Positions 51,503 to 60,630 of a stretch of DNA of 64,000 nucleotides are shown here, piece after piece. Source of the DNA: Promethearchaeota archaeon Loki_b32 (lineage in GTDB: Archaea > Asgardarchaeota > Lokiarchaeia > Sigyniarchaeales > SOKP01); assembly GCA_005223125.1 (NCBI GenBank), contig NJBH01000009.1, forward strand, positions 1 through 64,000, in the 5' to 3' direction. The notes below the pieces were generated by a model. That model searched no databases and was not told the DNA's origin. It was given only the letters and a program-made list of their open reading frames with translations. The position numbers were made by a program, and so were the translations under genes. Within the stretch, counting starts at the first letter, position 1. The number at the start of each line of letters is the position of its first letter.

Positions 51503-53605
51503 TTATCCACGCATATCACTAAATTAAATTTCAAAAATTTCATGGGGTATAAGCATTTGAATTTACCTAAAGATAATGATGAATTTCCTGAAGGATTGAT
51601 TCTAGTAAGTGGAAAGAACTCCTATGGAAAATCAACGATATTGGAAGGGGTTCTTTTTGCTTTTTTTGGGCCTCGGATTTTTAGAGGAAGAAATGCAGAG
51701 TCTTTTATTACATATGGAGTTCAAGAAAAAGCTGAGATATATGTATATTTCATATTTGATAAAAAAAAATATTATATTTATCGAAAGTGGGGTAGAACAG
51801 GAAGTATTATAACAAAATTATTTGAATGGGTGAAGAATAGGAAAGTTTACCAAGAAGTAAAAAGATTTAATACTGAGAAATTTTTTGAAATCTCTTCAGA
51901 ACAAGCCATGAATACTGTCTTCGTGAGACAAGGTGAGGTAGAAGAATTAGCAAATAAAAGAGGGGCAGAATTACGAGAGATGATTATTGACTTATTTAGA
52001 TTGAATATAATTGATGATGCACTTTCTTTTTTAGATAATGAATCTAAAGGAAAAAAATATGAAAAAGAAAATCTTGAGAAATTAAGAGTCCCTATTGAGA
52101 GGATTAATAACGACATTAATCGTATTGAAAAAGAAAATTCTCAGTTAAGAAAACTAATTACAGAACAAGAAAAGAAAAAAGTGAATTATGAACAAAAAAT
52201 TAATGATTTACCTTCAAATGAATTAATATCTCAATTAGAGAATTTATATAATCAACTGAAAAGTACAAATGATAAATTCTTATCATATAAAAACGATTTT
52301 AAAGTTAAAATTAAAAAGACAGATTTAAGTATAGGAGATTTTGAATCGCAAGATACAATTATCAATAGAATAAAAACATACACCGAAAATAAAATAAAGC
52401 TAAAAAAAGAGAAGAATGAACTAGATAAGAAAAGAGAGGCTACAATTAAGGGTTTAGGGAAAACTAATGGAAGAATAGAAGACATAAAAAAATCTATTAA
52501 TAAAATGGAAAAAAGTCTGAAATTTACGATAAAGAAAGAGGGAAAGAAAATAGCATTATGTCCCACTTGTCAAAATGAGTTAACAAAGGAACATTATGAC
52601 GAAATGATTCAAAAATTCACTAATGATATTAAATTAAACCAAAATAAAGTCAAATCTATTTCACAGATATTAACGAGTTTCAATAACAACATAAAAAACT
52701 CTCAAGATAAATTAGATGCAATAAAAGAAAACATAACAATCCATCAAGGATTAAAACTGGATTTCGAGAATTATAAAAAATATGAATCAGAATTAAGAAA
52801 AATTGAAAAGGAACTTAAAAGTTTCCTTTCTGCATACGGAACTCAGTTTAAAAATTTAAGTATTGAAGGAATAAAAGAATTATCTTCTGAAAAGGAAAAA
52901 GTTTCTGTAGAATTAAAAGCACTAACAAATAGTTTGGATGAGAAAAAAGCTAAACTTCAAGCGGAACAAGAAAGAATTGGACAATTACGTAATGAAATTT
53001 TAAAAATGAAAGATTTAGAAAAAAAAATTGGAGATTATGAAGTCGATATTGACCATATAAATAAAGCTAAGGAATTTGTTCGAAGATTTGTAACTGAATA
53101 TATGGTTGTAAAACGATTAGTGAAAAATATTGCTTTAACTACTGATAAATATATTAAAGATTTCACCTCTGGGCAATATAGTGATTTACTCCTTGATTTA
53201 AGCGGAACGAGAAAAACTGGCTTATCTCTAAGAATTAAAGATAATTACAATGGTGAATACGAATCAACTGAGGTTTTATCAGGAGGAGATCGCACTGCCT
53301 TAGGAATTGCGTTACGTCTTGCAATATCAGAATTAATGAGTTCAATTCGGCCAACTAAGGACTCACCAAAAAGAAATCCAAAAATTGACTTTCTACTGTT
53401 AGATGAACCTTTAGCCGCATTGGATGAAACTCGAAGAGAAAGAATTCTAAAGCATCTAATAAAATCGAAATCATTTTCTCAAATATTTCTCATTACGCAT
53501 ACAACAATTCCCCCTGATATTCACGCCCATAAAATAATTGTTGATAAAGATATATCTACTGGAATAAGCAAAGCGAGATTTGAAAAACCCACAGTTATTA
53601 TTTAA
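51503..53605 (+). CDS. rad50: Rad50 ATPase; true start lies upstream of ATG 51542
   Basis: HITKLNFKNFMGY first strand, Walker A GKNSYGKST, Q-loop, CPTC hook, LSGGD, LLDEP, ITH. Confidence 0.92.
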   Translation, partial: LSTHITKLNFKNFMGYKHLNLPKDNDEFPEGLILVSGKNSYGKSTILEGVLFAFFGPRIFRGRNAESFITYGVQEKAEIYVYFIFDKKKYYIYRKWGRTGSIITKLFEWVKNRKVYQEVKRFNTEKFFEISSEQAMNTVFVRQGEVEELANKRGAELREMIIDLFRLNIIDDALSFLDNESKGKKYEKENLEKLRVPIERINNDINRIEKENSQLRKLITEQEKKKVNYEQKINDLPSNELISQLENLYNQLKSTNDKFLSYKNDFKVKIKKTDLSIGDFESQDTIINRIKTYTENKIKLKKEKNELDKKREATIKGLGKTNGRIEDIKKSINKMEKSLKFTIKKEGKKIALCPTCQNELTKEHYDEMIQKFTNDIKLNQNKVKSISQILTSFNNNIKNSQDKLDAIKENITIHQGLKLDFENYKKYESELRKIEKELKSFLSAYGTQFKNLSIEGIKELSSEKEKVSVELKALTNSLDEKKAKLQAEQERIGQLRNEILKMKDLEKKIGDYEVDIDHINKAKEFVRRFVTEYMVVKRLVKNIALTTDKYIKDFTSGQYSDLLLDLSGTRKTGLSLRIKDNYNGEYESTEVLSGGDRTALGIALRLAISELMSSIRPTKDSPKRNPKIDFLLLDEPLAALDETRRERILKHLIKSKSFSQIFLITHTTIPPDIHAHKIIVDKDISTGISKARFEKPTVII

Positions 53606-53672
53606 TAGGTATATGTTAACCTTAATAAGAAGTATAAAATTAAAAAAAAATTAGGTTTAAAAGCAAGTGAGT

Positions 53673-53873
53673 TTATAAATCTCTTGCCTTTACTGTCTTT
53701 CTACCATTTTGTTGTGCTCGTCTAACTGCGTTATCAAGCAGATCCATGATGATGCTATTAAAAGTGTCCCCATCAAGAACACCACTGCTAGTATTGCACC
53801 CTTTCCCTTTGATATACTCCCTTACTTTTGATTTAACAAATAAAGGTTCTATTCTTGCCTCTTTTTTTGCCAT
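53673..53873 (-). CDS. short histone-fold protein (truncated alpha3, non-HMf type)
   Basis: LFVKSKVREYIK..., AVRRAQQNGRKTVKARDL*. Confidence 0.85.
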   Translation of the reverse strand: MAKKEARIEPLFVKSKVREYIKGKGCNTSSGVLDGDTFNSIIMDLLDNAVRRAQQNGRKTVKARDL

Positions 53874-54620
53874 TTTTATCTTCCTCTTTTAGAATTTTTA
53901 GGTTGATTTTATTTAAAATCGGATTTAAAATTGAAACAAATTATTTTTTTGTTAATTATTTATTTCCTAACTGTATTATTAAATGTTTTGTTATTTCACA
54001 CTAAATTTCTTATTTCCTTTTTGTCTTAAGAAATTGAAGGATAGAATCGACAATATTGATTTGTTAATAGGATTATTAACAAGAGAATATCTTCTAAATT
54101 AATAACACATTAATATACTACCTTATTTTCTTCTTTCAAAAATAAAGTTAAATCAAAATTTTCTTACAATTTTGATTTTTAAAAAAAAAATTAAGAATTA
54201 AAACTAAATTGTTATGAAATTCATAAGAAGAAGAATAAAAATTAGATTAAATCAGCGAAGAATTATATTGAAAAGATGTGATATTAATTTTTATTGACAT
54301 TAAGATTTAAATAGGAAACAATACAACGATGCTTTACATACTTTCTTATTCTTTATTACTTTTAACTAAATTTACTCTTTTATAATTCCCTTAATAACTA
54401 TAAGGTTTTTTCCTAAATAAAAAATATTTTCACGTTAATAACATTTAATAATTCTTTAATATTCTATTAATACAGACTTTAGATAAGTTCTGAAGCTTAG
54501 AGTCTAGAATTATATATTTGTAGAACTAATATTGAAAAAAAAACTAAGATACAAATTAGATTAATCAAAACAATGAAATATTGAAAGAAATTAAATAAAA
54601 TTAGCAAAGGTGTAAATATA

Positions 54621-54902
54621 TTGTCGAATAGAGATGAAAACGCAGTATTTGTGGGTCGTAGACCCACAATGAACTACGTCATGGCCACTATGATGATTCT
54701 CAATAAAGGAGAAGAATGTACAGTGAAAGCTCGAGGTAGAGCCATTTCACATGCCGTTGACGTGTGTGAAATCCTTAGAAACAGATTCCTTAAAGGAACC
54801 GAGTACAAGGATATCAGACTTTCCACCGAACAATTAGAAGGAGAAAATGGTCAAAGCAATAACGTTTCAAGCATTGAAATTGTACTTACTCCTCCAAAAT
54901 AA
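54621..54902 (+). CDS. albA: DNA/RNA-binding protein Alba
   Basis: VFVGRRPTMNYV, KARGRAISHAVDV, VSSIEIVL. Confidence 0.96.
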   Translation: MSNRDENAVFVGRRPTMNYVMATMMILNKGEECTVKARGRAISHAVDVCEILRNRFLKGTEYKDIRLSTEQLEGENGQSNNVSSIEIVLTPPK

Positions 54903-55128
54903 GCTAACAAGTTCGGTAATACATCAATACAATAAAACTACTTTTTTTTATTTATTTTTATTATTGTTTAAATTGTAAATTGTTTAGAACTTATAAACAA
55001 TAAAAGAATATAATTTTAGATAAATTGCACCAACTATGTAAGGAAATTATCTTTCATACTTTTCAAAAAAATTATGAGATTTTAGTAGTTAGAACTTTTT
55101 TAAAAAAAAAGAATTTTTATGTATTGAA

Positions 55129-55347
55129 TTAAAAGCCTTTCAATTTAACACCAAGGTAGAAGAAAAACCATGTAAGAAAAAATAGTATCAAAGCAATAAC
55201 AAACCATCCATTATATCCAAACAAATCAAATGTGGGTAAGAAAGGATCCCAAATGTCCATTACAATGTCCATGAAGATAAATATCCCGAGTACCATACAA
55301 AGAAATGTAAGTATAACACAAAATTTACTTGGAGGAGTCCATCCCAT
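55129..55347 (-). CDS. small two-TM membrane protein
   Basis: AGGTGA SD; two hydrophobic helices; ends KLKGF. Confidence 0.7.
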   Translation of the reverse strand: MGWTPPSKFCVILTFLCMVLGIFIFMDIVMDIWDPFLPTFDLFGYNGWFVIALILFFLTWFFFYLGVKLKGF

Positions 55348-55467
55348 TTATTAATCACCTAATTTTTTATTAGAATTTTTTGTTATGATAAAATAAAATA
55401 ACATAATTGAAAGTATAATAAAATAAGATTGACTCCTTTTTAAAGTAGATAGATTGGTCTTTATGTT

Positions 55468-56181
55468 TTAGGAATCCAATTCATCGTATTTAGTATAATC
55501 TAATTCGAGTTCTTGTACTGTATCTTCATCATTAGCCTTTGGACTATAGATAAATTTTTGGTCTCCTTTCTTTTTACTTTTAACCTCAACATCTTCTTTT
55601 TTAACAATATCCCATATAATACTAATTATGAGTAAAGCCGATACAATAACTAAAAGCGGAATTAATAATCCTGAATCCGTTAAAACAATCTTTACCCACC
55701 CTATATAAGGAATTCTTCCACATACAAGACCTAAAATTCTACCCTCTGGAACCCAAGCATCATCTGGAAATGGATTAGCATCTCCTTTAGTTAGGAAAAA
55801 CCAACCGTTGTCATACATTTTATCAACAACTCGATGAACAATTGGATCATTTGGGGCATGTATCCAAAGATCACGAGCATTAAATACGATTACATCCCCC
55901 TCTTTTCCCTCAATAGTTCCATTCTTAATTGTGGCAGGATCTTTTCCCTTTAGAAACAATAAATCCCCCTTAAGTAAATTTGGTTCCATAGAACCCGAAA
56001 CCACGACAACCATGGGAGTTTTAGTATTTAAAGTGATTTGCATAATAAAATAGATTAAAAAAGATCCTGAAAACGCTAAAACTATTAACACAACCGCAAT
56101 GATTATTTTTTTCTTTGAGGTTTGTTCTTTCTTCTTTAATTTTTTCTCATTAAAAGCCTTTCTAAAATCCTCTTTTTCCAT
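55468..56181 (-). CDS. signal peptidase I (Sec11/S26B type)
   Basis: VVVSGSMEP, GD, PIVHRV, TKGDAN, IPYIG; start placed at MEKEDF. Confidence 0.93.
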   Translation of the reverse strand: MEKEDFRKAFNEKKLKKKEQTSKKKIIIAVVLIVLAFSGSFLIYFIMQITLNTKTPMVVVVSGSMEPNLLKGDLLFLKGKDPATIKNGTIEGKEGDVIVFNARDLWIHAPNDPIVHRVVDKMYDNGWFFLTKGDANPFPDDAWVPEGRILGLVCGRIPYIGWVKIVLTDSGLLIPLLVIVSALLIISIIWDIVKKEDVEVKSKKKGDQKFIYSPKANDEDTVQELELDYTKYDELDS

Positions 56182-56398
56182 AACAAAAAAATCAGCTATT
56201 CTATGGTCAAAATAAATAAAAATACCAATATAAATTTTCTTAGCATAACAGATCAAATTTGGAATAATAATATTCTCAATTTACTAATTTACAGAATAAA
56301 CGATATCAGAAGAGTAACATTTTAAATAAAAAAATCTAGAATAAAATTATCCATATTGAAGGAAAAGAGTTATTTTAAATAGGGTTAAGAACATTAAA

Positions 56399-57193
56399 AT
56401 GTTAGAACGAAGCCACTCATTTGAATTAAGAGATAAAAATTACGATGATATCCAAAGAATAATGGAAAATGTTTTAGAAAAAGACTTATCCTTTTCAACT
56501 GATTCTAAGAGAGTGGGAAGATCCTTACTCAGAATAAATTATTTTGATACTAATGTAGATAAGGAGCAACAAAAAAATAATAGAATTACAATATTAAAAG
56601 AGTCTGAAAAAAGAATTTATATTCAAATAAATGGAAAATTAACAGATTCACAAGTAGAACATTTATGGAACGAATTTGAGAAAAATCTGAATAATTCTAT
56701 GAAAGTAGAGAAGGTTACAAAACCAATACCTTCAAAAGATAAAATTGTTCAGGAAATTAAAAATCTAATTGATGAGAGAGGATACATAGTTCAAAATGAA
56801 GATGTTCAAGAATTTTTTGAAAATTTTATAGAAAAATACACTAGATTTCCACGGGAGGATGAAATTAATTCAATAGTTAAGGGTTATATCATGATGGTAA
56901 ACGATGAAAAACTATTTGATGAGAAAGATATTGATAAAACAATAAATGAAAAGAAATTAGATATTTCCGAACCCGTTTTAGGAACAACTCAAAGAGAAAT
57001 ATCACTAACCTCTACTGATAATACTGTTTTAGCAATGTCAGAGGGAGTTGGACGTAGAAAATGTCCAGCTTGTGGAAATGATGGGTTAATACATGAAATG
57101 GATGATAAAAGCGTGATTCTCATGGATTATCCTAAGATTTATGCGAAGAAAAATTGTTGTTCACAATGCGGATATGAATGGAGAACTCATTAA
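56399..57193 (+). CDS. hypothetical protein with C-terminal Zn ribbon
   Basis: GRRKCPACG...DYPKIYAKKNCCSQCGYEW. Confidence 0.75.
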   Translation: MLERSHSFELRDKNYDDIQRIMENVLEKDLSFSTDSKRVGRSLLRINYFDTNVDKEQQKNNRITILKESEKRIYIQINGKLTDSQVEHLWNEFEKNLNNSMKVEKVTKPIPSKDKIVQEIKNLIDERGYIVQNEDVQEFFENFIEKYTRFPREDEINSIVKGYIMMVNDEKLFDEKDIDKTINEKKLDISEPVLGTTQREISLTSTDNTVLAMSEGVGRRKCPACGNDGLIHEMDDKSVILMDYPKIYAKKNCCSQCGYEWRTH

Positions 57194-57294
57194 ATTTAAA
57201 CACTTCTTCTAAATATTAATTAAAAATAGTTTTAAATAGTATATAATTTAAAATATTGATTAAGCTATTTTGAATAAATAAATTACTATAAAAT

Positions 57295-58260
57295 TTGATA
57301 AATATGGAAGATTATGCTATTATTTATAATCCTATTGCTGGTATAGCAGAAAAGACACAGGAAGATATTGAATATGCATGCCAATGCTTAGATAATTTAA
57401 AGGTTTCGTATAAGTTGTTTAAAAGTGAATATGCAGGTCACACATTAGAATTAGCTAATCAACTTGCAAAAGATGGGTATCGTGTGATAGGAGTTGGTGG
57501 AGATGGTACGTGTAATGAAGTATTCCATGGAGTCATAACCTCTGACTCTGGTGCATTATGTGGATTCATACCTATGGGATCTGGAAATGATATTCCTGCG
57601 GTAATTGGTATAATACCAAATATTAAAAGAGCGTGTGAAATAATTGCGGAAGGCCATTCTAGCAAATCTGATATTGGGTTTGCTAATACCGATGAGGGTG
57701 TCGAACGCTATTTTTTAGGAATAGGAAGTCAAGGTTTTGATAGTGAAGTGGCAAGACGGGTTAATGAAGAGGACGTGAAAAATTATAATATGATGGTCCT
57801 GAAAACAATATTCTCTTGGAAAAATAGAGAAATTATTGTGAAGATGGATAACAACAATTACGAGGGCTATGCAAACTTGGTAGCGGTTGGAAATGGAGGT
57901 TCTTATGGAGGGGGAATGTATATTTGTCAAAGAGCACGAATAGATGACGGTTTATTTGATATCAGTGTTGCAAATATTGGTAAATTAAAGCTGATATTGC
58001 AGTTTAAGAGAATGTATTCGGCATCATTACTACCTCACCCTAATGTGACTGAATATCGGAGTAAAAAAGTTAGAATAGAAATGAAAAATTCTAATGATTT
58101 ACCTTATCTATGTCAAGTTGATGGTGAAATTCTTGGTCCTTTACCGGTAACCTATGAAACTATTAAAAATGGTTATGAATTTATACACCCGAAGACTGAT
58201 GAAGTAGCAGAAGCTTTTAAGGTTAAATATGGAAGATATTTTTATGAGTATTCCCACTAA
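57295..58260 (+). CDS. diacylglycerol/lipid kinase family (YegS/DagK)
   Basis: NPIAG, GGDGT, PMGSGND, GFD, GNG..YGGG, DDG.FD, DGE. Confidence 0.92.
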   Translation: MINMEDYAIIYNPIAGIAEKTQEDIEYACQCLDNLKVSYKLFKSEYAGHTLELANQLAKDGYRVIGVGGDGTCNEVFHGVITSDSGALCGFIPMGSGNDIPAVIGIIPNIKRACEIIAEGHSSKSDIGFANTDEGVERYFLGIGSQGFDSEVARRVNEEDVKNYNMMVLKTIFSWKNREIIVKMDNNNYEGYANLVAVGNGGSYGGGMYICQRARIDDGLFDISVANIGKLKLILQFKRMYSASLLPHPNVTEYRSKKVRIEMKNSNDLPYLCQVDGEILGPLPVTYETIKNGYEFIHPKTDEVAEAFKVKYGRYFYEYSH

Positions 58261-58301
58261 CTATTTTTTTAAAACTTAATTCGAAAAAGTAATTATTAAC
58301 T

Positions 58302-58925
58302 ATGTCCGAATGGGACCAGATTTTCTCTGAAAAAGGTAAAGTTTTCACGGAACCTCATCCTGACATAGAGAGAATAATTAAATTTTTCAAAGAAAAAGGA
58401 GTTAGACGAGTTTTAGACCTTGGATGTGGAACAGGTCGTCACCTAATTTATTTATCTAAAAAAGGATTTGAAGTATTTGGTTTAGATGCCTCACCTAAAG
58501 CTTTAGAGATTTCAGAGAAATGGCTCAACGAGGAAAAAGAAAAAGCAATATTACAATTACATAGAATAGAACATGAATTTCCTTATGAAAATGGTTTTTT
58601 TGATGCTATAATTTCAATTCAAGTAATCCATCATAATTTAATGAAAGACATTATATTTACAATCAATGAAATTGAAAGAATCTTAAAGTCTAAAGGTATA
58701 ATATATATTACTTTTCCAAGACTAGGAGGGGGATCAAAAATAGATAATTGGGAATTAAAAGAAATTGAGAAAGGTACATATATTCCACAAGCAGGTCGAG
58801 AAAAAGGGCTTCCTCATCATTTCTTTACTATAGAAGAAATTAATGAAGTATTCAAATCATTTAATTTATTAGAGATCTATGATGACAGAACGAACCATCG
58901 GGCAATCCTTGGGATTAAGAAGTAG
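58302..58925 (+). CDS. class I SAM-dependent methyltransferase
   Basis: VLDLGCGTGRH, GLDAS, FDAIIS..VIHH. Confidence 0.92.
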   Translation: MSEWDQIFSEKGKVFTEPHPDIERIIKFFKEKGVRRVLDLGCGTGRHLIYLSKKGFEVFGLDASPKALEISEKWLNEEKEKAILQLHRIEHEFPYENGFFDAIISIQVIHHNLMKDIIFTINEIERILKSKGIIYITFPRLGGGSKIDNWELKEIEKGTYIPQAGREKGLPHHFFTIEEINEVFKSFNLLEIYDDRTNHRAILGIKK

Positions 58926-60096
58926 ATAATAAATTCTTTCCTTCAATAAGTTTATTTTTTTCTTTTGAAACTCCTCTTGAAACGATCAGTATTACTACAA
59001 TTACACCCGCAAATGCGATTACAACTACAATAGTTATTTTTGTTTCATTATCTATAACATTAATATCCTCATTCCAAGGAAAATCTCCTTGATATTGGTT
59101 ATTAGGGTCATTATTGTAATTATTATGCATAAATTGTTCTACAGTTTTACCAGTAACATCAAGACTGGAATTGGAAATATGATTAATATCATCTTGTGTA
59201 GTATGATGATATGACCATTCGGGATTATTCCAAAAATTAATAATTAGATCAGCTGAAGGGGTACCATTATTTATAAATGCTCTGTGATCGTCTATTATTG
59301 AAGCACTATCTGGATTTGATGGAAATTGAGAAGTAAACCCTAGTTGCCTTCCGATAGCAAATAATTCATCTAATAATGAAGAAGTAGAATACTGTTCATT
59401 GATAAATCGTAAACTTTCTCCTCCTACCATATCTAATAAAATCATACAATCAAGGGTCTCTGTTGCAGAATTATAAAAATTATTTATTTCACTAACAAAT
59501 TCTTGAGAGCCCTCGCACCAATCCCAACCATCTATTCCATAAGCATTATCTCTTCCTTGATCTTCAGCATCAAAAAACAAAAACCAGATTTGGCAAGCTA
59601 AATTCGCTCTTTGATCATAAAGAACTCTAGCAAGCTCTATAAGAACAGCACTTCCACTAGCTCCATCATTAGCGCCTGGAACAGGACTATCTCTATTTGT
59701 TAAGACAGGATCTTTAGTAGCTTTTGCGCGAGAATCGTAATGCGTTCCTAGTATTACAATATTTGATTTATGTTCATTTAGTTTAAAAAGCACATTTTGA
59801 CATTCAGTTAGATGAGCAGTAAAGTTATGCAAAAGATAAGTGAAATTACTATCAATTTGTTCAAATTTGGATATAAAATAATTTGCACAATCCTTACGCT
59901 CCTGTGTTCCAGGAATTCGAAAACCAATATCTAGCTGATCTTGAACATAAGAATAAGCATTATTACCATTAAATTGTAAATCTACGTCATAATTTTTGAT
60001 ATTTAAATTTTTTGAAGGGAAATATAAATAGATAATAGAAAGTATTAGAATTAATAAAAAGATGCTTGAAATAAAGATACTGTATCTTTTTTTTAT
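58915..60096 (-). CDS. M28 peptidase / glutaminyl cyclase-like secreted protein; probable ATA start
   Basis: HYDSR, GANDGASG, FFDAED, LLDMVG, DDH, HT..D; upstream extension gives N-terminal TM and FNG.NAY..VQ.Q...G.RIPG; GGTGA-N6-ATA at 60096; C-terminal TM. Confidence 0.85.
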   Translation of the reverse strand: MKKRYSIFISSIFLLILILSIIYLYFPSKNLNIKNYDVDLQFNGNNAYSYVQDQLDIGFRIPGTQERKDCANYFISKFEQIDSNFTYLLHNFTAHLTECQNVLFKLNEHKSNIVILGTHYDSRAKATKDPVLTNRDSPVPGANDGASGSAVLIELARVLYDQRANLACQIWFLFFDAEDQGRDNAYGIDGWDWCEGSQEFVSEINNFYNSATETLDCMILLDMVGGESLRFINEQYSTSSLLDELFAIGRQLGFTSQFPSNPDSASIIDDHRAFINNGTPSADLIINFWNNPEWSYHHTTQDDINHISNSSLDVTGKTVEQFMHNNYNNDPNNQYQGDFPWNEDINVIDNETKITIVVVIAFAGVIVVILIVSRGVSKEKNKLIEGKNLLSTS

Positions 60097-60186
60097 GCAA
60101 ATTCACCAAATTATGACAAAAATAATAGAAATATAATATTATAAAACGTAAAATTAAAAAATAAAAATATAATTAATTTTTAGATT

Positions 60187-60615
60187 CTAAACGGGCTCAA
60201 AGCCAAGATCCACCCTTATTTCTCCACCTTGTAATTCCGTCTCTAAGAATGTTACTTGGACAGGGGTATTTATTTTAATGTCATCTGGTTTAGTTTCATC
60301 AACACCAACCAATTGTCCTGAAATCATTGGTCCTTCATTAAGTTCTATTACAGAGAAACAATAAGGTTTTTTCATCGAATAACCTTTATTTACCATAAAA
60401 GAAGTTCCTACACCAATACAAGAAAAAGCTGCGATTTTACCTTTCCCTGACATTTCAACCCATTCCATATCAGTAGAGTTGCATTTTATACATAATTTTC
60501 TTGGAGGAACATCAAATGTACCACATTTTTTACACTTAGAGCCCATCAATTTCTTATTGTTAATATAATCCAGATAATTTTGAACAGTTATTTCTTTTTC
60601 TTCTGGCATATTCAA
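60187..60615 (-). CDS. DUF35 Zn-ribbon/OB-fold protein (thiolase partner)
   Basis: CKKCG...PPR..C..C, SGKG, PY, L.EGP. Confidence 0.93.
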   Translation of the reverse strand: MNMPEEKEITVQNYLDYINNKKLMGSKCKKCGTFDVPPRKLCIKCNSTDMEWVEMSGKGKIAAFSCIGVGTSFMVNKGYSMKKPYCFSVIELNEGPMISGQLVGVDETKPDDIKINTPVQVTFLETELQGGEIRVDLGFEPV

Positions 60616-60630
60616 CTTTTCACCTTTTTT

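Noticed and set aside
53874-54620. Replication origin
   Set aside because: No ORB-like repeats with G-strings and no adjacent cdc6/orc1
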